A stretch of 64,000 nt of DNA from an uncultured Candidatus Binatia bacterium (GTDB lineage: Bacteria > Desulfobacterota > Binatia > UBA9968 > JAJDTQ01): assembly GCA_965213675.1 (NCBI GenBank), contig OZ243916.1, forward strand, positions 320,001 through 384,000, in the 5' to 3' direction. The translations under genes were made by a program, and so were the position numbers. Below, piece by piece: positions 18,203-31,202 of the stretch (within the stretch, counting starts at the first letter, position 1; every line of letters starts with the position of its first letter). The notes below the pieces were generated by a model. The model saw only the letters and a program-made list of their open reading frames with translations, did no database searches and was not told where the DNA came from.

Positions 18203-19921
18203 GTGCAGGACGTCCGCAAACGCTGGATCCTCAAGGACGCCGATGAAGCCGCGGCCGCGGCGCTTTCCCGGGAACTCAAGTTCCCGCTGCTGCTTGCGCG
18301 TATCCTGGCGCAGCGCGGGTTCGCGGAAGCGGACGCGGCGCGCCGCTTTCTCTCTTCCAGTCTGAGCGCCGACCTGCCGTCGCCGCACCTGCTGGCGGGC
18401 ATGGACGACGCCGTTCGGCGCATTGCCCGCGCCTTGCGCGACGGCGAGCGCGTGTGCGTGTGGGGCGACTACGACGTCGACGGCACCACCGGCGCCGCGG
18501 TGCTCGTTTCCTTTCTGCGCGAGGTTGGCGGCGCGCCGCTGTTCTACATTCCGCATCGCATCGACGAGGGCTACGGCATGAGCCGCCAGGGGATCGAGCA
18601 CTTGCGCACCCAGGATGTCTCCCTCGTCGTCACGGTGGACTGCGGCATCTCCAACGCCGACGAAGTGGCCTTGGCGCGGGATCTCGGCATGGACGTGGTC
18701 ATCGTCGACCACCACCAGTTGCCCGAACGGGTGCCGGACGCCGCCGCGGCCATCATCAATCCCCAGCGCCCCGACTGCGCCTTCCCGGACAAGGGGCTGT
18801 GCGCGGCGGGGCTGGCCTTCTACCTGGTCATCGGCTTGCGCGCCAACCTGCGGGAGGCGGGCTGGTTCGCTCCTGACAGCGTGCCCGACATCCGCAGGCA
18901 CCTGGACATCGTCACCCTCGGCACCATTGCCGACATGGTCCCGCTGCGGGGCGCCAACCGCGTGCTGACACGGCGCGGGCTGGTGGAGCTGGGCAGTTCG
19001 GTCCGCCCGGGCATCGACGCGCTGAAGGAGGTGGCGGGGGTGGCGCCGGGCGCCATGGACGCAGGCACGGTGGCCTTCCAGCTCGGCCCGCGCATCAACG
19101 CCGCCGGGCGCATGGACGCCGCGATGAAGGTGGTGGAGATGCTCACCACGGATTCACGGGAGACCGCCGGCGCCATCGCCCGCGAGCTGGACCTGCACAA
19201 CCGCGAGCGGCGCGAGACCGAGGCCCAGGTGCTGGACGAGGCGCTGGCGCAGATCGAAGAGAAGCGCCTCCAGGAGCGTTGGTCCATCGTGGTGGGCAGC
19301 CGCGGCTGGCACCCCGGAGTGCTCGGCATCGTGGCCTCGCGGATCGTGGAACGGTTCCACCGGCCGACCGTGGTCATCGGCTTTCAGGATGACGAAGGGA
19401 AAGGCTCGGGTCGAAGCATCCGCGGTTTTCACATGGTCCAGGCCATGCGCCGGTGCGCGGATCTGCTGGTGCGTTTCGGCGGTCACGAATACGCCGGCGG
19501 GCTGAGCATCTCGCTGGAGAACATGGCGCCGTTTGCCGATCGCATGGAGGAGGCGGCTCGGGATGTTCTCGGTGAGGAAGACTTGCGCCCGTGTCTCGAC
19601 GTGGATGCGGAAGTGGATTTCGCGGCGCTGAGTCTCGACCTGGTGCGGCAGATGCGGCAACTGGGCCCCTTCGGAGTGGGGAATCCCGAGCCGATCTTCC
19701 AGACCCGGGGCGTGGAGGTGTACGAGCGTCGCAACTTCAACAGGGTCTCGCGTTTCCGGCTGCGGCACAACGAGCACACGGTGACCGCGGTGGCCTTCGG
19801 GCCTCCCGAGAACCTTCCCGCGCGGGTGAACGACCGCGTGGACATCGCCTACCGCCTCCGCGAGAACGAGTGGCAGGGTACCCACGCCATGGAGTTGCGC
19901 CTGCTGGACGTGAGGGCGTGA
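18203..19921 (+). CDS. recJ: Single-stranded-DNA exonuclease RecJ
   Basis: GDYDVDG, TVDCG, DHH, PRINAAGR, GSGRS, GGH motifs. Confidence 0.96.
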   Translation: MQDVRKRWILKDADEAAAAALSRELKFPLLLARILAQRGFAEADAARRFLSSSLSADLPSPHLLAGMDDAVRRIARALRDGERVCVWGDYDVDGTTGAAVLVSFLREVGGAPLFYIPHRIDEGYGMSRQGIEHLRTQDVSLVVTVDCGISNADEVALARDLGMDVVIVDHHQLPERVPDAAAAIINPQRPDCAFPDKGLCAAGLAFYLVIGLRANLREAGWFAPDSVPDIRRHLDIVTLGTIADMVPLRGANRVLTRRGLVELGSSVRPGIDALKEVAGVAPGAMDAGTVAFQLGPRINAAGRMDAAMKVVEMLTTDSRETAGAIARELDLHNRERRETEAQVLDEALAQIEEKRLQERWSIVVGSRGWHPGVLGIVASRIVERFHRPTVVIGFQDDEGKGSGRSIRGFHMVQAMRRCADLLVRFGGHEYAGGLSISLENMAPFADRMEEAARDVLGEEDLRPCLDVDAEVDFAALSLDLVRQMRQLGPFGVGNPEPIFQTRGVEVYERRNFNRVSRFRLRHNEHTVTAVAFGPPENLPARVNDRVDIAYRLRENEWQGTHAMELRLLDVRA

Positions 19922-20023
19922 CGGAACGGCCCATCCGCTCTGCGCGCCGCCGTTCGCGGCCTTGATCGCGAAGAGCAAGGGGGTCGGGCCGCCGGCCGCC
20001 ATGTATCGCCGTTCGGATTGGTC

Positions 20024-23000
20024 ATGACGCGTCGACTCCATTCCGGGCTCTACGAAGATCTCCTGACCGCCGCTCTGGAGGCGGAAATCAATACCCGAAA
20101 GGCCGACGGCTGGTGGGTTGATGTCACCCCGGCTGACGCAACTGTCCGTCCCGAACTCCTGGCCCGTCATGTTTATCGCCTCCTTCGGCGCGCGCTCGAA
20201 GGGATTCCCGAAGAAGACGACGCTCAGCCGGCCAACCAGGTCGCTCTGGCCAATCGACTGGTGGAGGTGCTCGTCGAGCATGGCGCGACGGCTGACGACC
20301 GAGTCGCAGACGCCGCGCGCCTGCTGCTGGAAGCTGTCGAACACCGAGCATTGGGCGGGGCAAAATCGGCTGTCCCTCGCCCGACACTCTCGCTTCGTCG
20401 AACCGGCCTTCTCGTCAATGGACGGCGTGATGTTCAGATCGCGAGCGAGATTGCACGGGAGATCCCGAGCGCTGATCGGATCGATCTCCTTTGTGCATTC
20501 GTGCGGCACTCGGGGTTGAGGCTGTTCCGTGCCGAGCTTGAAGAACGGGTACGAGAGGGCGCGCGGGTGCGCGTGATCGCAAGTGTCTATACCGGGTCGA
20601 CCGAACGCCGTGCGCTGGACACACTTGTCGATCTCGGCGCACAAGTGAAGGTTTCCTACGAAGTTGCGCGAACCCGGCTTCATGCCAAGGCGTGGCTGTT
20701 TCACCGGCACAGCGGTCTGCACACCGCCTATATCGGTTCGTCAAATCTCACCCACACGGCACAGGTCGACGGCCTCGAATGGAATGTGCGAGTGAGCGCG
20801 GCTGAGAATCCCGAAGTGATCGAACGCTTTGCAGCGACCTTCGAACAATACTGGCAAGAGCCCGAGTTCGAGGATTATACGCCCCGTCGTGACAGCGCGC
20901 GTCTCGACCACGCGCTCTCGAGACAGCGCGGCGATGCGGGAATAGACGACCACGCCTTGCTGTCTCTGCAGGTCGACGTTGCGCCGAAGCCTCATCAGGC
21001 TGTTGCGCTGGAGGCCCTCGAAGCAGAGCGCCTGCGCGGATACCACCGCAACCTCGTGGTCGCGGCGACCGGCACCGGCAAGACCTGGATCGCGGCATTC
21101 GATTTCAAGCGGCTGCGCGACCAGGGCGTGGGGCGTTCGTTGCTCTTCGTCGCGCACCGCGACGAGATCCTCCGTCAGAGTCAGCAAGTCTTTCAGCTGG
21201 TACTGCGCGAGCCGGGGTTCGGTGAGCGACTGGTCGGCGGCGAGCGTCCACGCGCGGGTCACCACGTCTTTGCCTCGGTGCAGTCCCTCGCCAACCGGAT
21301 CGACGAAATCGATCCGGACGATTTCGACGTGGTCGTCGTGGACGAGTTCCATCATGCAGCAGCTGCGAGCTACGAGCGCCTTTTATCACGTCTGAAACCG
21401 CAAATTCTCCTTGGCCTCACGGCGACGCCTGAACGCGCCGACGGCCAGTCGGTACTGCAGTGGTTCGACGGCCGCATCGCCTCGGAGTCCCGGCTATGGG
21501 ATGCCCTCGACCAAGGCTTGCTCTGCCCGTTTCACTATTTCGCGGTGAACGATGGAACGGATCTTTCGGCGGTACGTTTTGAGCGCAGACGCTATGTTCC
21601 GGGTGATCTCGATAAGGTGTTCACCGGGGATCACGTACGAGCGGTTCGGATCCGCCAGGCTGTCCAGGAATGGGTGACCGACCCGCATCGGATGCGGGCG
21701 CTGGGGTTCTGCGCGGGTGTCGGTCACGCCCACTTCATGGCGCGGCAGTTCACGGGGTTCGGCTATCCGTCAGTGGCGCTCGACGCCAGCACCCCGTGGA
21801 ACGATCGGCGTGCAGCGCTCGCAAGGCTTCGCCGCGGAGAACTTCGAGCCATCTTCGCGGTCGATCTCTTCAACGAGGGTGTCGACCTGCCTGAAGTCGA
21901 CACCGTGCTCATGCTGCGGCCGACCGAAAGCGCCACGGTGTTTCTTCAGCAACTGGGAAGAGGGTTGCGTTGGGCCGAAGGCAAGCGGGTCTTGACCGTT
22001 CTCGACTTCGTGGGCGAGGTCCGGCGCGAATACCGCTACGACGTGCGCTATCGGGCTCTGGTCGGGGGCACCCGTCATCAGGTCGAGCGCGCCATCGAGG
22101 CGGACTTTCCGCTGCTCCCACCGGGATGTGCACTCAAAATGGACCGTGTCGCCAAGGAGACGGTGCTGCGCAACCTGAGGGCAGCCGTGCGCAATGCTCG
22201 TGTGCGTCTCGCCGATGACTTGCGTGATCTGGGTCCCGAAACACGACTCAGTGGTTTCATGCGAGACGCTGGCGCCGAACTCGACGAAATTTACGCAAGC
22301 CCCAGCTCAGGACAGTGCTTCACCGAGCTTCGACGGCGCGCTGGCTTCGATCAGGTCGTTGTGGATGACGCTCTCCTCAAAGCGATCGGCCGGTTGATCC
22401 ATGTGGACGATCGCGAGCGGATCGAGGCGTGGCGAGACATATTGGTAGCGCATCAGTCGGACCGAATCTCGGATTTACCGGGTCGGCAACATCGCTTGGC
22501 GCTCATGTTGTTTGCTGTATTGGGTGGGCGTCGTCAGTCCATCGATGAGGCAGATCGGATATTGGAAACGGTCCGTGGGTCCTCAGAGTTGCGTCGCGAA
22601 ATCGGCGACCTTCTGGAAATTCTTGCCGATCGCATTCGCACGGTCTCGCGACCGCTGGATCCCACCGGCGAGGTTCCCCTGGCAAGTCACGCGACCTATA
22701 CCCTCGGAGAGATCGTGGCCGCCCACAAGCGCACGGACAAGCGTGGCGCGCTGCTCCGGCCGCAGGGCGGAGTTCTGTGGAACGAGGCGACGCGGACGGA
22801 TCTTCTGTTCGTCACGCTGGACAAGACAGACAAGGACTACTCTCCTTCGACACGCTACGCTGATTACCCGATCTCGCCGACCCTGTTTCACTGGGAGTCG
22901 CAGAACACCGCCTCGCCCGATACCCCCACCGGACGCCGCTACGTCGAACAACCGATCCGGGGCACAAATGTCATTCTGTTTGTGCGTGAGCGCAAAAAGG

Positions 23001-23149
23001 ATGGCCGGGGTGAAACCCTTCCGTATCACTGCCTCGGTCGTGCCCATTACCGCAGTCATGAATCGGAGCGACCCATGAAAATACTGTGGGAGCTCGAACG
23101 CGTGATGCCCGGGTGGCTCTATCAGGCGGGAAAGGCGGTCGCGGGTTGA
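20024..23149 (+). CDS. PLD-nuclease / SF2 helicase / DUF3427 protein (SauUSI-like candidate type IV restriction enzyme)
   Basis: LHAK..IGSSNLT (PLD), ATGTGKT, DEFHH, TATPER, QQLGRGLR, C-terminal YSPSTRYADY...FHWESQ. Confidence 0.85.
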   Translation: MTRRLHSGLYEDLLTAALEAEINTRKADGWWVDVTPADATVRPELLARHVYRLLRRALEGIPEEDDAQPANQVALANRLVEVLVEHGATADDRVADAARLLLEAVEHRALGGAKSAVPRPTLSLRRTGLLVNGRRDVQIASEIAREIPSADRIDLLCAFVRHSGLRLFRAELEERVREGARVRVIASVYTGSTERRALDTLVDLGAQVKVSYEVARTRLHAKAWLFHRHSGLHTAYIGSSNLTHTAQVDGLEWNVRVSAAENPEVIERFAATFEQYWQEPEFEDYTPRRDSARLDHALSRQRGDAGIDDHALLSLQVDVAPKPHQAVALEALEAERLRGYHRNLVVAATGTGKTWIAAFDFKRLRDQGVGRSLLFVAHRDEILRQSQQVFQLVLREPGFGERLVGGERPRAGHHVFASVQSLANRIDEIDPDDFDVVVVDEFHHAAAASYERLLSRLKPQILLGLTATPERADGQSVLQWFDGRIASESRLWDALDQGLLCPFHYFAVNDGTDLSAVRFERRRYVPGDLDKVFTGDHVRAVRIRQAVQEWVTDPHRMRALGFCAGVGHAHFMARQFTGFGYPSVALDASTPWNDRRAALARLRRGELRAIFAVDLFNEGVDLPEVDTVLMLRPTESATVFLQQLGRGLRWAEGKRVLTVLDFVGEVRREYRYDVRYRALVGGTRHQVERAIEADFPLLPPGCALKMDRVAKETVLRNLRAAVRNARVRLADDLRDLGPETRLSGFMRDAGAELDEIYASPSSGQCFTELRRRAGFDQVVVDDALLKAIGRLIHVDDRERIEAWRDILVAHQSDRISDLPGRQHRLALMLFAVLGGRRQSIDEADRILETVRGSSELRREIGDLLEILADRIRTVSRPLDPTGEVPLASHATYTLGEIVAAHKRTDKRGALLRPQGGVLWNEATRTDLLFVTLDKTDKDYSPSTRYADYPISPTLFHWESQNTASPDTPTGRRYVEQPIRGTNVILFVRERKKDGRGETLPYHCLGRAHYRSHESERPMKILWELERVMPGWLYQAGKAVAG

Positions 23150-23211
23150 GGCAATGCTGTGCGGCCGTCCCACGCCGCAGGTTCTCCTGTTCTTCGATGT
23201 CGGTGTTGGAC

Positions 23212-23334
23212 TCCTCCGATGATGTGCCGGCGTTCCTCGTCTGTATTCGAAGCCGGCCGGTGGGCTGCCAAAGGATCTTCGAATACTCGTGTCGTGTCCC
23301 GTAGATTACTGCGATAATTTGCCGGTCTTTTTCG
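23212..23334 (-). pseudogene. Degraded BrnT-family toxin fragment
   Basis: RKRPANYR...RVFEDPLA...DEERRHIIG resembles BrnT K..AN..KH..VF.DP....E.R...IG; lacks a proper start and end. Confidence 0.45.
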
Positions 23335-23506
23335 CCGTCGGCTGCGTGGCTCTTCCTCGCGTGGTACCCGCCACTGCTCGTCATCGCGTCTTGCCGACGA
23401 CAAAAAATCCTCCGCAGATTATGACGCGAATTAACCAGACACCACACTAGCGACCAGAATATCCCCGCGGATCATTTTGCGATTTGACCGGAAGCCACGC
23501 CAGCGT

Positions 23507-23535
23507 TTGACATCCACGCCGCCGTCCATTAGAAA
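23507..23535 (+). promoter_or_regulatory. Sigma70-like promoter of rplU
   Basis: TTGACA-N17-TAGAAA, ending 11 nt before the rplU ATG. Confidence 0.6.
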
Positions 23536-23546
23536 TTGACGCAATC

Positions 23547-23870
23547 ATGGAACGTTATGCAGTCGTAAAGACGGGTGGAAAGCAGTATCGGGTCGCCGAG
23601 GGTGAAACCGTGGATGTGGAGCGCTTGGGTGGCGACGTGGGCGCCATGGTCACACTGAACGAGGTGTTGCTGGTCAGCGGCGACGGCGACGACGAGGCCA
23701 GGATCGGCACGCCGCTGGTGGCGCAGGCCCAGGTGACGGCGGAGATCGTCGAGCAGGGGCTCGACAAGAAGATCATCGTCTTCAAGAAGAAGCGGCGGAA
23801 GGGCTACAGCCGCAAGCAGGGCCACCGCCAGAAGCACACCACCCTGAGAATCGTCGACATCCAGGCATAA
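23547..23870 (+). CDS. rplU: 50S ribosomal protein L21
   Basis: YAVVKTGGKQYRV, FKKKRRKGYSRKQGHRQ. Confidence 0.98.
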   Translation: MERYAVVKTGGKQYRVAEGETVDVERLGGDVGAMVTLNEVLLVSGDGDDEARIGTPLVAQAQVTAEIVEQGLDKKIIVFKKKRRKGYSRKQGHRQKHTTLRIVDIQA

Positions 23871-23882
23871 GGCGGAACACCG

Positions 23883-24137
23883 ATGGCACACAAAAAATCA
23901 GGTGGAAGCTCGCGCAACGGCCGCGACAGTCAGGGACAGAGGCGCGGGGTCAAGCGTTACGGCGGACAGCAGGTCAAGGCGGGCAATATCCTGGTGCGCC
24001 AACTGGGCACGAAGATCCATCCGGGCAAGAACGTCGGCATGGGGCGCGACTACACCCTGTTCGCTCTGGTCGAGGGCACGGTGGAGTACCAGCGCTGGGG
24101 CCGGTCGCGCAAGCGGGTGGCGATCGTTCCCGCCTAG
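23883..24137 (+). CDS. rpmA: 50S ribosomal protein L27
   Basis: [33 protein letters not shown]. Confidence 0.98.
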   Translation: MAHKKSGGSSRNGRDSQGQRRGVKRYGGQQVKAGNILVRQLGTKIHPGKNVGMGRDYTLFALVEGTVEYQRWGRSRKRVAIVPA

Positions 24138-24267
24138 GGGCTTGCGCCGCAGGAATTCGCGCAAGCTCCCAGACCGGTTTCCGGGCATCCTGTCTCCGGC
24201 GCTTGAAACCTTGCGGCCTCGCCGCATTTCCATCCCACTCCATACCTCGATTCGTCGTAACCGGTAG

Positions 24268-26626
<2,359 letters not shown>

Positions 26627-26755
26627 TTCAGGGGCTCCGTTCCGACGGGATACTCTGTGAATCAACGGCACGAGACCCGTGATGGGTGGAGTTTGGCAAG
26701 ATGGAATTGAGTATTTCCACGGCGTGAGGAAGTCCTGGGAAACGAAGGAATATCT

Positions 26756-28033
26756 ATGGCGTTGACGATGTCGGACACGGGAGTCGCCGAAGAAGCACGG
26801 GAAATCGGCCGGCGGGCCAAGGCAGCGGCCAACGCCTTGGCCGATCTTGCCACCGATCTCAAGAACCAGACCCTTCTCGCCATGGCCTGCGACATTGAGG
26901 AGCGACAGGGATTCCTGCTGGCCGAGAACGCCAAGGACCTGGAACACGCCGCGGGGAAGGGGCTCTCCACGGCGGTCGTCGACCGGCTGACGCTCAATCC
27001 CGAGCGGGTGGCGGCCATGGCCGTGGGCATCCGCGACATCGCGGCGCTGCCGGATCCGGTGCGGGAGGTGACGCGGACGTGGACGCGGCCCAACGGGCTC
27101 GAAGTGGGACGCATGCGCATCCCCCTGGGGGTCATCACCATCATCTACGAGGCCCGGCCCAACGTCACCGCGGACGCCGCGTCCCTGTGCATCAAGTCGG
27201 GCAACGCGGTCATCCTCAAGGGCGGCCGTGAGGCGAGGTTCTCCAACCAAGCCATCGGCGAGGTGTTGCGCGGCGCGTGCGCGCGCACCGGCGCGCCCAG
27301 CGACGCGGTGCTGGTGGTGGAGTCCACGGATCGGGCCATGGTCCACGAACTGCTCAAGCTCGAAGAGTACGTCGACCTGATCATCCCCCGCGGCGGCGAG
27401 GAGTTGATCCGCTTCGTGGCGGCCAACTCCCGCGTGCCCGTGGTCAAGCATTACAAGGGCGTGTGTCACGTCTACGTGGACGATGCCGCCGACCTGGACA
27501 TGGCGGAGCGCATCGCCCTCAACGCCAAGGTGCAGCGCCCGTCCGTGTGCAATGCCATGGAGACGCTGCTGGTGCACGAGGCGGTGGCGCCGCGGTTCCT
27601 GCCCGAGGTTCTGGGCAAGCTCCGGGCGAGCGGGGTGGAGATACGCGGCTGCGAGAAGACCCGCGCGCTGCTGGACGGAGCGGCGCCCGCCAGCGAGGAG
27701 GACTGGCACGAAGAGTACCTGGACCTGGTGCTGGCGGTGCGGGTGGTGAGGGACATGGACGAAGCCATCGAGCACATCCGCAGGTACGGCTCGGATCACA
27801 CCGAGACCATCGTCACCGCGGACCGCGCCAAGGCCGAGGCCTTTGTCGCCCGGGTCCACTCCTCGGCGGTGCTGGTGAACGCCTCCACGCGCTTCAACGA
27901 CGGCGGCGAGCTGGGGCTCGGCGCCGAAATCGGCATCAGTACCAGCAAGATCCACGCCTTTGGCCCCATGGGCCTCGAAGAGCTGACCAGCACCAAGTTC
28001 TTCGTCTACGGCGACGGCCAGGTGCGCACCTGA
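26756..28033 (+). CDS. proA: Gamma-glutamyl phosphate reductase
   Basis: [47 protein letters not shown]. Confidence 0.96.
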   Translation: MALTMSDTGVAEEAREIGRRAKAAANALADLATDLKNQTLLAMACDIEERQGFLLAENAKDLEHAAGKGLSTAVVDRLTLNPERVAAMAVGIRDIAALPDPVREVTRTWTRPNGLEVGRMRIPLGVITIIYEARPNVTADAASLCIKSGNAVILKGGREARFSNQAIGEVLRGACARTGAPSDAVLVVESTDRAMVHELLKLEEYVDLIIPRGGEELIRFVAANSRVPVVKHYKGVCHVYVDDAADLDMAERIALNAKVQRPSVCNAMETLLVHEAVAPRFLPEVLGKLRASGVEIRGCEKTRALLDGAAPASEEDWHEEYLDLVLAVRVVRDMDEAIEHIRRYGSDHTETIVTADRAKAEAFVARVHSSAVLVNASTRFNDGGELGLGAEIGISTSKIHAFGPMGLEELTSTKFFVYGDGQVRT

Positions 28034-28037
28034 TTCC

Positions 28038-28697
28038 ATGCGACTCGGACTGTTCGGCGGTACGTTCGACCCCATTCACTCGGGCCACCTGAGGAGCGCG
28101 GAGGAAGTGCGGGGAGCGTTTGCGCTGGACAAGGTCTGTTTCGTGCCTTGCGGCGTGCCGCCGCATCGAAGCGCTGAAACCGGAGCGGCGGCGCGCCATC
28201 GCCTTGAGATGGTGCGCCTCGCGGTGGCGGACAGTCCGGGCCTGTGCGCTTCGGACGTGGAGGTGGTTCGCCCGGGCGCCTCGTTTTCCATCGACACCGT
28301 GCGCCACTTCTCGGCAGCGCTTGCGCCGGGGGACGAACTGTACCTGATCCTCGGCCTTGATGCCTTCCTGCCCATTGGCTCCTGGAAGGACTGGGGCGAG
28401 CTCCTGGCCCTTGCCCACGTCATCGTCACTTCCCGGCCCGGCTCCGGCGACGCGCTTCCCTACGAGCGGATTCCCGTTGTCGTGCGGGAGGCGTTTTGTT
28501 ATGATCCGATCCAATCCGGCTTCCGGAACGAGTTCGGCAAGGAGATCCTGTTCACGCGGCTGACGGATCTGTGCGTGTCGGCTTCGGCCATTCGGGAGCT
28601 GCTGGCCAAGGGGCAATCGATCCGTTACCTGGTTCCCGAAGAAGTGCAAAACTACGTGGAAACACACCACCTCTACCACGAGTCGCCGGAGTGCTAG
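28038..28697 (+). CDS. nadD: Nicotinate-nucleotide adenylyltransferase
   Basis: FGGTFDPIHSGH, LGLDA, SASAIRE. Confidence 0.95.
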   Translation: MRLGLFGGTFDPIHSGHLRSAEEVRGAFALDKVCFVPCGVPPHRSAETGAAARHRLEMVRLAVADSPGLCASDVEVVRPGASFSIDTVRHFSAALAPGDELYLILGLDAFLPIGSWKDWGELLALAHVIVTSRPGSGDALPYERIPVVVREAFCYDPIQSGFRNEFGKEILFTRLTDLCVSASAIRELLAKGQSIRYLVPEEVQNYVETHHLYHESPEC

Positions 28698-29167
28698 TGT
28701 CCGACAGCCCCACGCGCGACGCCAGAGAGAAGGCCCTGTTGCTGTGCGGCTTGGCCCTCGACAAGAAGGCCCAGGATCTCCTCGTGCTGGAAGTCGGCGC
28801 GCTCACCACCATCGCCGAATACTTCCTCATCTGTTCCGGTCGATCCGACCGCCATGTGCAGAGTATCGCCGAAGGCATCAAGGAGGACGGCCGCGCCCAG
28901 GGCCTGCGCCCGCTCTTCAGTGAAGGGCTCACCCGGGGCCAATGGGTGCTCATGGACTTTTCGGACGTCCTCGTGCACGTCTTTTACGAGCCCATGCGCC
29001 GCTTCTACGACCTCGACGGCCTGTGGGGCGGCGCCAAGGTGGTGGAACTGCCCGAACCCTACGCCACCCTGGCCGCGCAGTTCACCAGCGAGGGTGATCC
29101 GCTGGACCCTTGGCCGGCCGCGGAGGGCGGCACGGGCCCGGGCTACTTCGGAAAACCGGTTCGATAG
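28697..29167 (+). CDS. rsfS: Ribosome silencing factor
   Basis: DKKAQD, YFLICSG.S.RHV, WVLMD..DVLVHVF, R.FYDLDGLW; GTG overlaps the nadD stop. Confidence 0.93.
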   Translation: MSDSPTRDAREKALLLCGLALDKKAQDLLVLEVGALTTIAEYFLICSGRSDRHVQSIAEGIKEDGRAQGLRPLFSEGLTRGQWVLMDFSDVLVHVFYEPMRRFYDLDGLWGGAKVVELPEPYATLAAQFTSEGDPLDPWPAAEGGTGPGYFGKPVR

Positions 29168-29251
29168 GGTGCCGCGCGTCCAGAAGACCCGGGCTCCGGC
29201 GCCGTGGTGTGGCTGTTTCGTGTGACAACGGAATTCGGGGAGATTGGGGTG

Positions 29252-29326
29252 TGGTGATCCCAACGGGACTCGAACCCGTGTTTCTGGCGTGAGAGGCCAG
29301 CGTCCTAACCGCTAGACGATGGGACC
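29252..29326 (-). tRNA. tRNA-Glu (CUC)
   Basis: Cloverleaf GGTCCCA...TGGGATCACCA; anticodon arm CTGGC-CTCTCAC-GCCAG. Confidence 0.95.
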
Positions 29327-29327
29327 A

Positions 29328-29403
29328 TGGCTGAGGAGGTAGGACTCGAACCTACAATCGCCTGATCCAGAGTCAGGTGGCTTACCAATTAGCCGACTCC
29401 TCA
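29328..29403 (-). tRNA. tRNA-Gln (CUG)
   Basis: Cloverleaf TGAGGAG...CTCCTCAGCCA; anticodon arm CCTGA-CTCTGGA-TCAGG. Confidence 0.95.
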
Positions 29404-29413
29404 AGAGCCTCCA

Positions 29414-29442
29414 AGGATAAAATATACCGTCTCGGGCGTCAA
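29414..29442 (-). promoter_or_regulatory. Sigma70-like promoter of the tRNA-Gln/Glu pair
   Basis: TTGACG-N17-TATCCT, ending 10 nt before tRNA-Gln. Confidence 0.6.
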
Positions 29443-29539
29443 GGCAGTGGAGGTCCGCAGGTCCGGGACAGCGACAGAGGCCATGGACCAACCCATGCTC
29501 GGGATCGCCTGTGTCGTGGGCGCGGCGGCTGAGAGTCGC

Positions 29540-30973
29540 TCAGCCTTGGGATGAAAGGCGGGCGTCGATGTAGCGGACTCCCGCGGCGAGCCGCGCCAGG
29601 GTCACGTCCCGCCCCAGCACGTCGATGACCTCGTAGATTCCCGGGCTCACGGTGGAGCCGGTGAGCGCCACCCGCACCGGCTGGGCCACCTTGCCCAGCT
29701 TGATTCCCCGCTCCGCAATGACGTCGCTGAATGCCTGCTCGATGCCCGCCTCGTTGAAGTCCGCCAGGTTGCCGAGCCGGACGGACAACTCCTGGAGCAG
29801 GTCCTTCGCCTCGGGCGCCAAGTGCTTGCGCCCCGCCTTGTCGTCGATGTCCACCGTTTCCGTGAGGAAGTAGTGTGCCATGTCCACCAGTTCCACGAGG
29901 GACTTGGCCCGTTCCCTCAAGGTGTCCACCATCTTCTCCAGCCACGCGCGGTCCCCAGGCGCCGCGTAGCCCTGGGTCGCGAGGTATGGCACCACGTCCT
30001 CGGCCAGTTGGCGAAGCGGTCGGCTCTTGAGGTAGTGGGCATTGAGCCACATGAGCTTCTCCGGATTGAACACCGCCGAGGACTTGCCCACGGCGTCGAT
30101 GTCGAACTTCTCCACCAGTTCTCCGGCGTCGAAGATCTCCTGGTCGCCGTGGGACCAGCCCAGTCGCACGAGATAGTTGTTCAGCGCCTCGGGGAAATAA
30201 CCCATGTCCCGGTACGCCATCACCGAGGTGGCGCCGTGCCGCTTGCTGAGCCGCTTCTTGTCCGTTCCGAGGATCAGCGGCACGTGGGCGAACACCGGCG
30301 GCTCCGAGCCCAGGGCCTGGTAAAGCTGCATCTGCCGCGGCGTGTTGGACAGGTGGTCGTCCCCGCGGATGACGTGGGTCATGCCCATGTCGATGTCGTC
30401 GCACACCACGCAGAAGTTGTACGTGGGGTTCCCGTCCGAGCGCGCGAGGATCAGGTCGTCCAACTCGGTGTTGTCGAACGCCACCCGCCCCTTGATCTTG
30501 TCGTCCACCACCGTGGCGCCGCTCGCCGGCGAGCGGAACCGGATGGTGAAGGGAATCCCCTGCGGTAACGGCGCCGCCTCACGCTCCGCCGGCCGGCACG
30601 TGCCGTCGTACATGGGCTTGCGCTTCTCGGCCAGCGCCGCCTGCCGCTTGGCGTCCAGCGTTTCCGGCGTGCATACGCAAGGGTAGGCGTCCCCCGCGCT
30701 CAAGAGCGCCTGAAGCCGGTCCTGGTACAGATCCATTCGCTCCGTTTGATGGAACGGCCCCTCGTCCCACTCCAGTTCCAGCCACTCCATGCTTCGCAGG
30801 ATCGCATCGATGGCCTCCGGCGTCGACCGCTGCCGGTCCGTGTCCTCGATGCGGAGAACGAACTTGCCGCCGCAGTGCCGCGCGTACAGGTAGTTGAACA
30901 GCGCCGTGCGTGCGCCGCCGATATGCAGGTAGCCGGTGGGGCTGGGAGCGAAACGGGTTCGGACTTCGGGCAT
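29540..30973 (-). CDS. gltX: Glutamate--tRNA ligase
   Basis: RTRFAPSPTGYLHIGG, LRIEDTD, HVIRGDDH, KRLSKRHG; ATG at 30973 (the longer ORF runs through tRNA-Ser and is spurious). Confidence 0.97.
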   Translation of the reverse strand: MPEVRTRFAPSPTGYLHIGGARTALFNYLYARHCGGKFVLRIEDTDRQRSTPEAIDAILRSMEWLELEWDEGPFHQTERMDLYQDRLQALLSAGDAYPCVCTPETLDAKRQAALAEKRKPMYDGTCRPAEREAAPLPQGIPFTIRFRSPASGATVVDDKIKGRVAFDNTELDDLILARSDGNPTYNFCVVCDDIDMGMTHVIRGDDHLSNTPRQMQLYQALGSEPPVFAHVPLILGTDKKRLSKRHGATSVMAYRDMGYFPEALNNYLVRLGWSHGDQEIFDAGELVEKFDIDAVGKSSAVFNPEKLMWLNAHYLKSRPLRQLAEDVVPYLATQGYAAPGDRAWLEKMVDTLRERAKSLVELVDMAHYFLTETVDIDDKAGRKHLAPEAKDLLQELSVRLGNLADFNEAGIEQAFSDVIAERGIKLGKVAQPVRVALTGSTVSPGIYEVIDVLGRDVTLARLAAGVRYIDARLSSQG

Positions 30974-31202
30974 GGGATTGTGGGTTCCGAATCGGTTGTG
31001 ACGTTGGAGTGTGCGGAGGGCCATGAAGGCGCGTCGCCAGGCCACGCCTGCCAAGCGCCATTTGTAGAAGGCGCCGGCCCGTGTTGTCAAATCGAGGCTG
31101 TCAAATCGAGGCTCGCAAGTGCGGGTGGGCTTGGTCGAACGGCGGAAGGCCGCTGGATCGAGGGGAGCCGCCAGTGAATCGAATCTCTGGGGCGGTGTCC
31201 GA

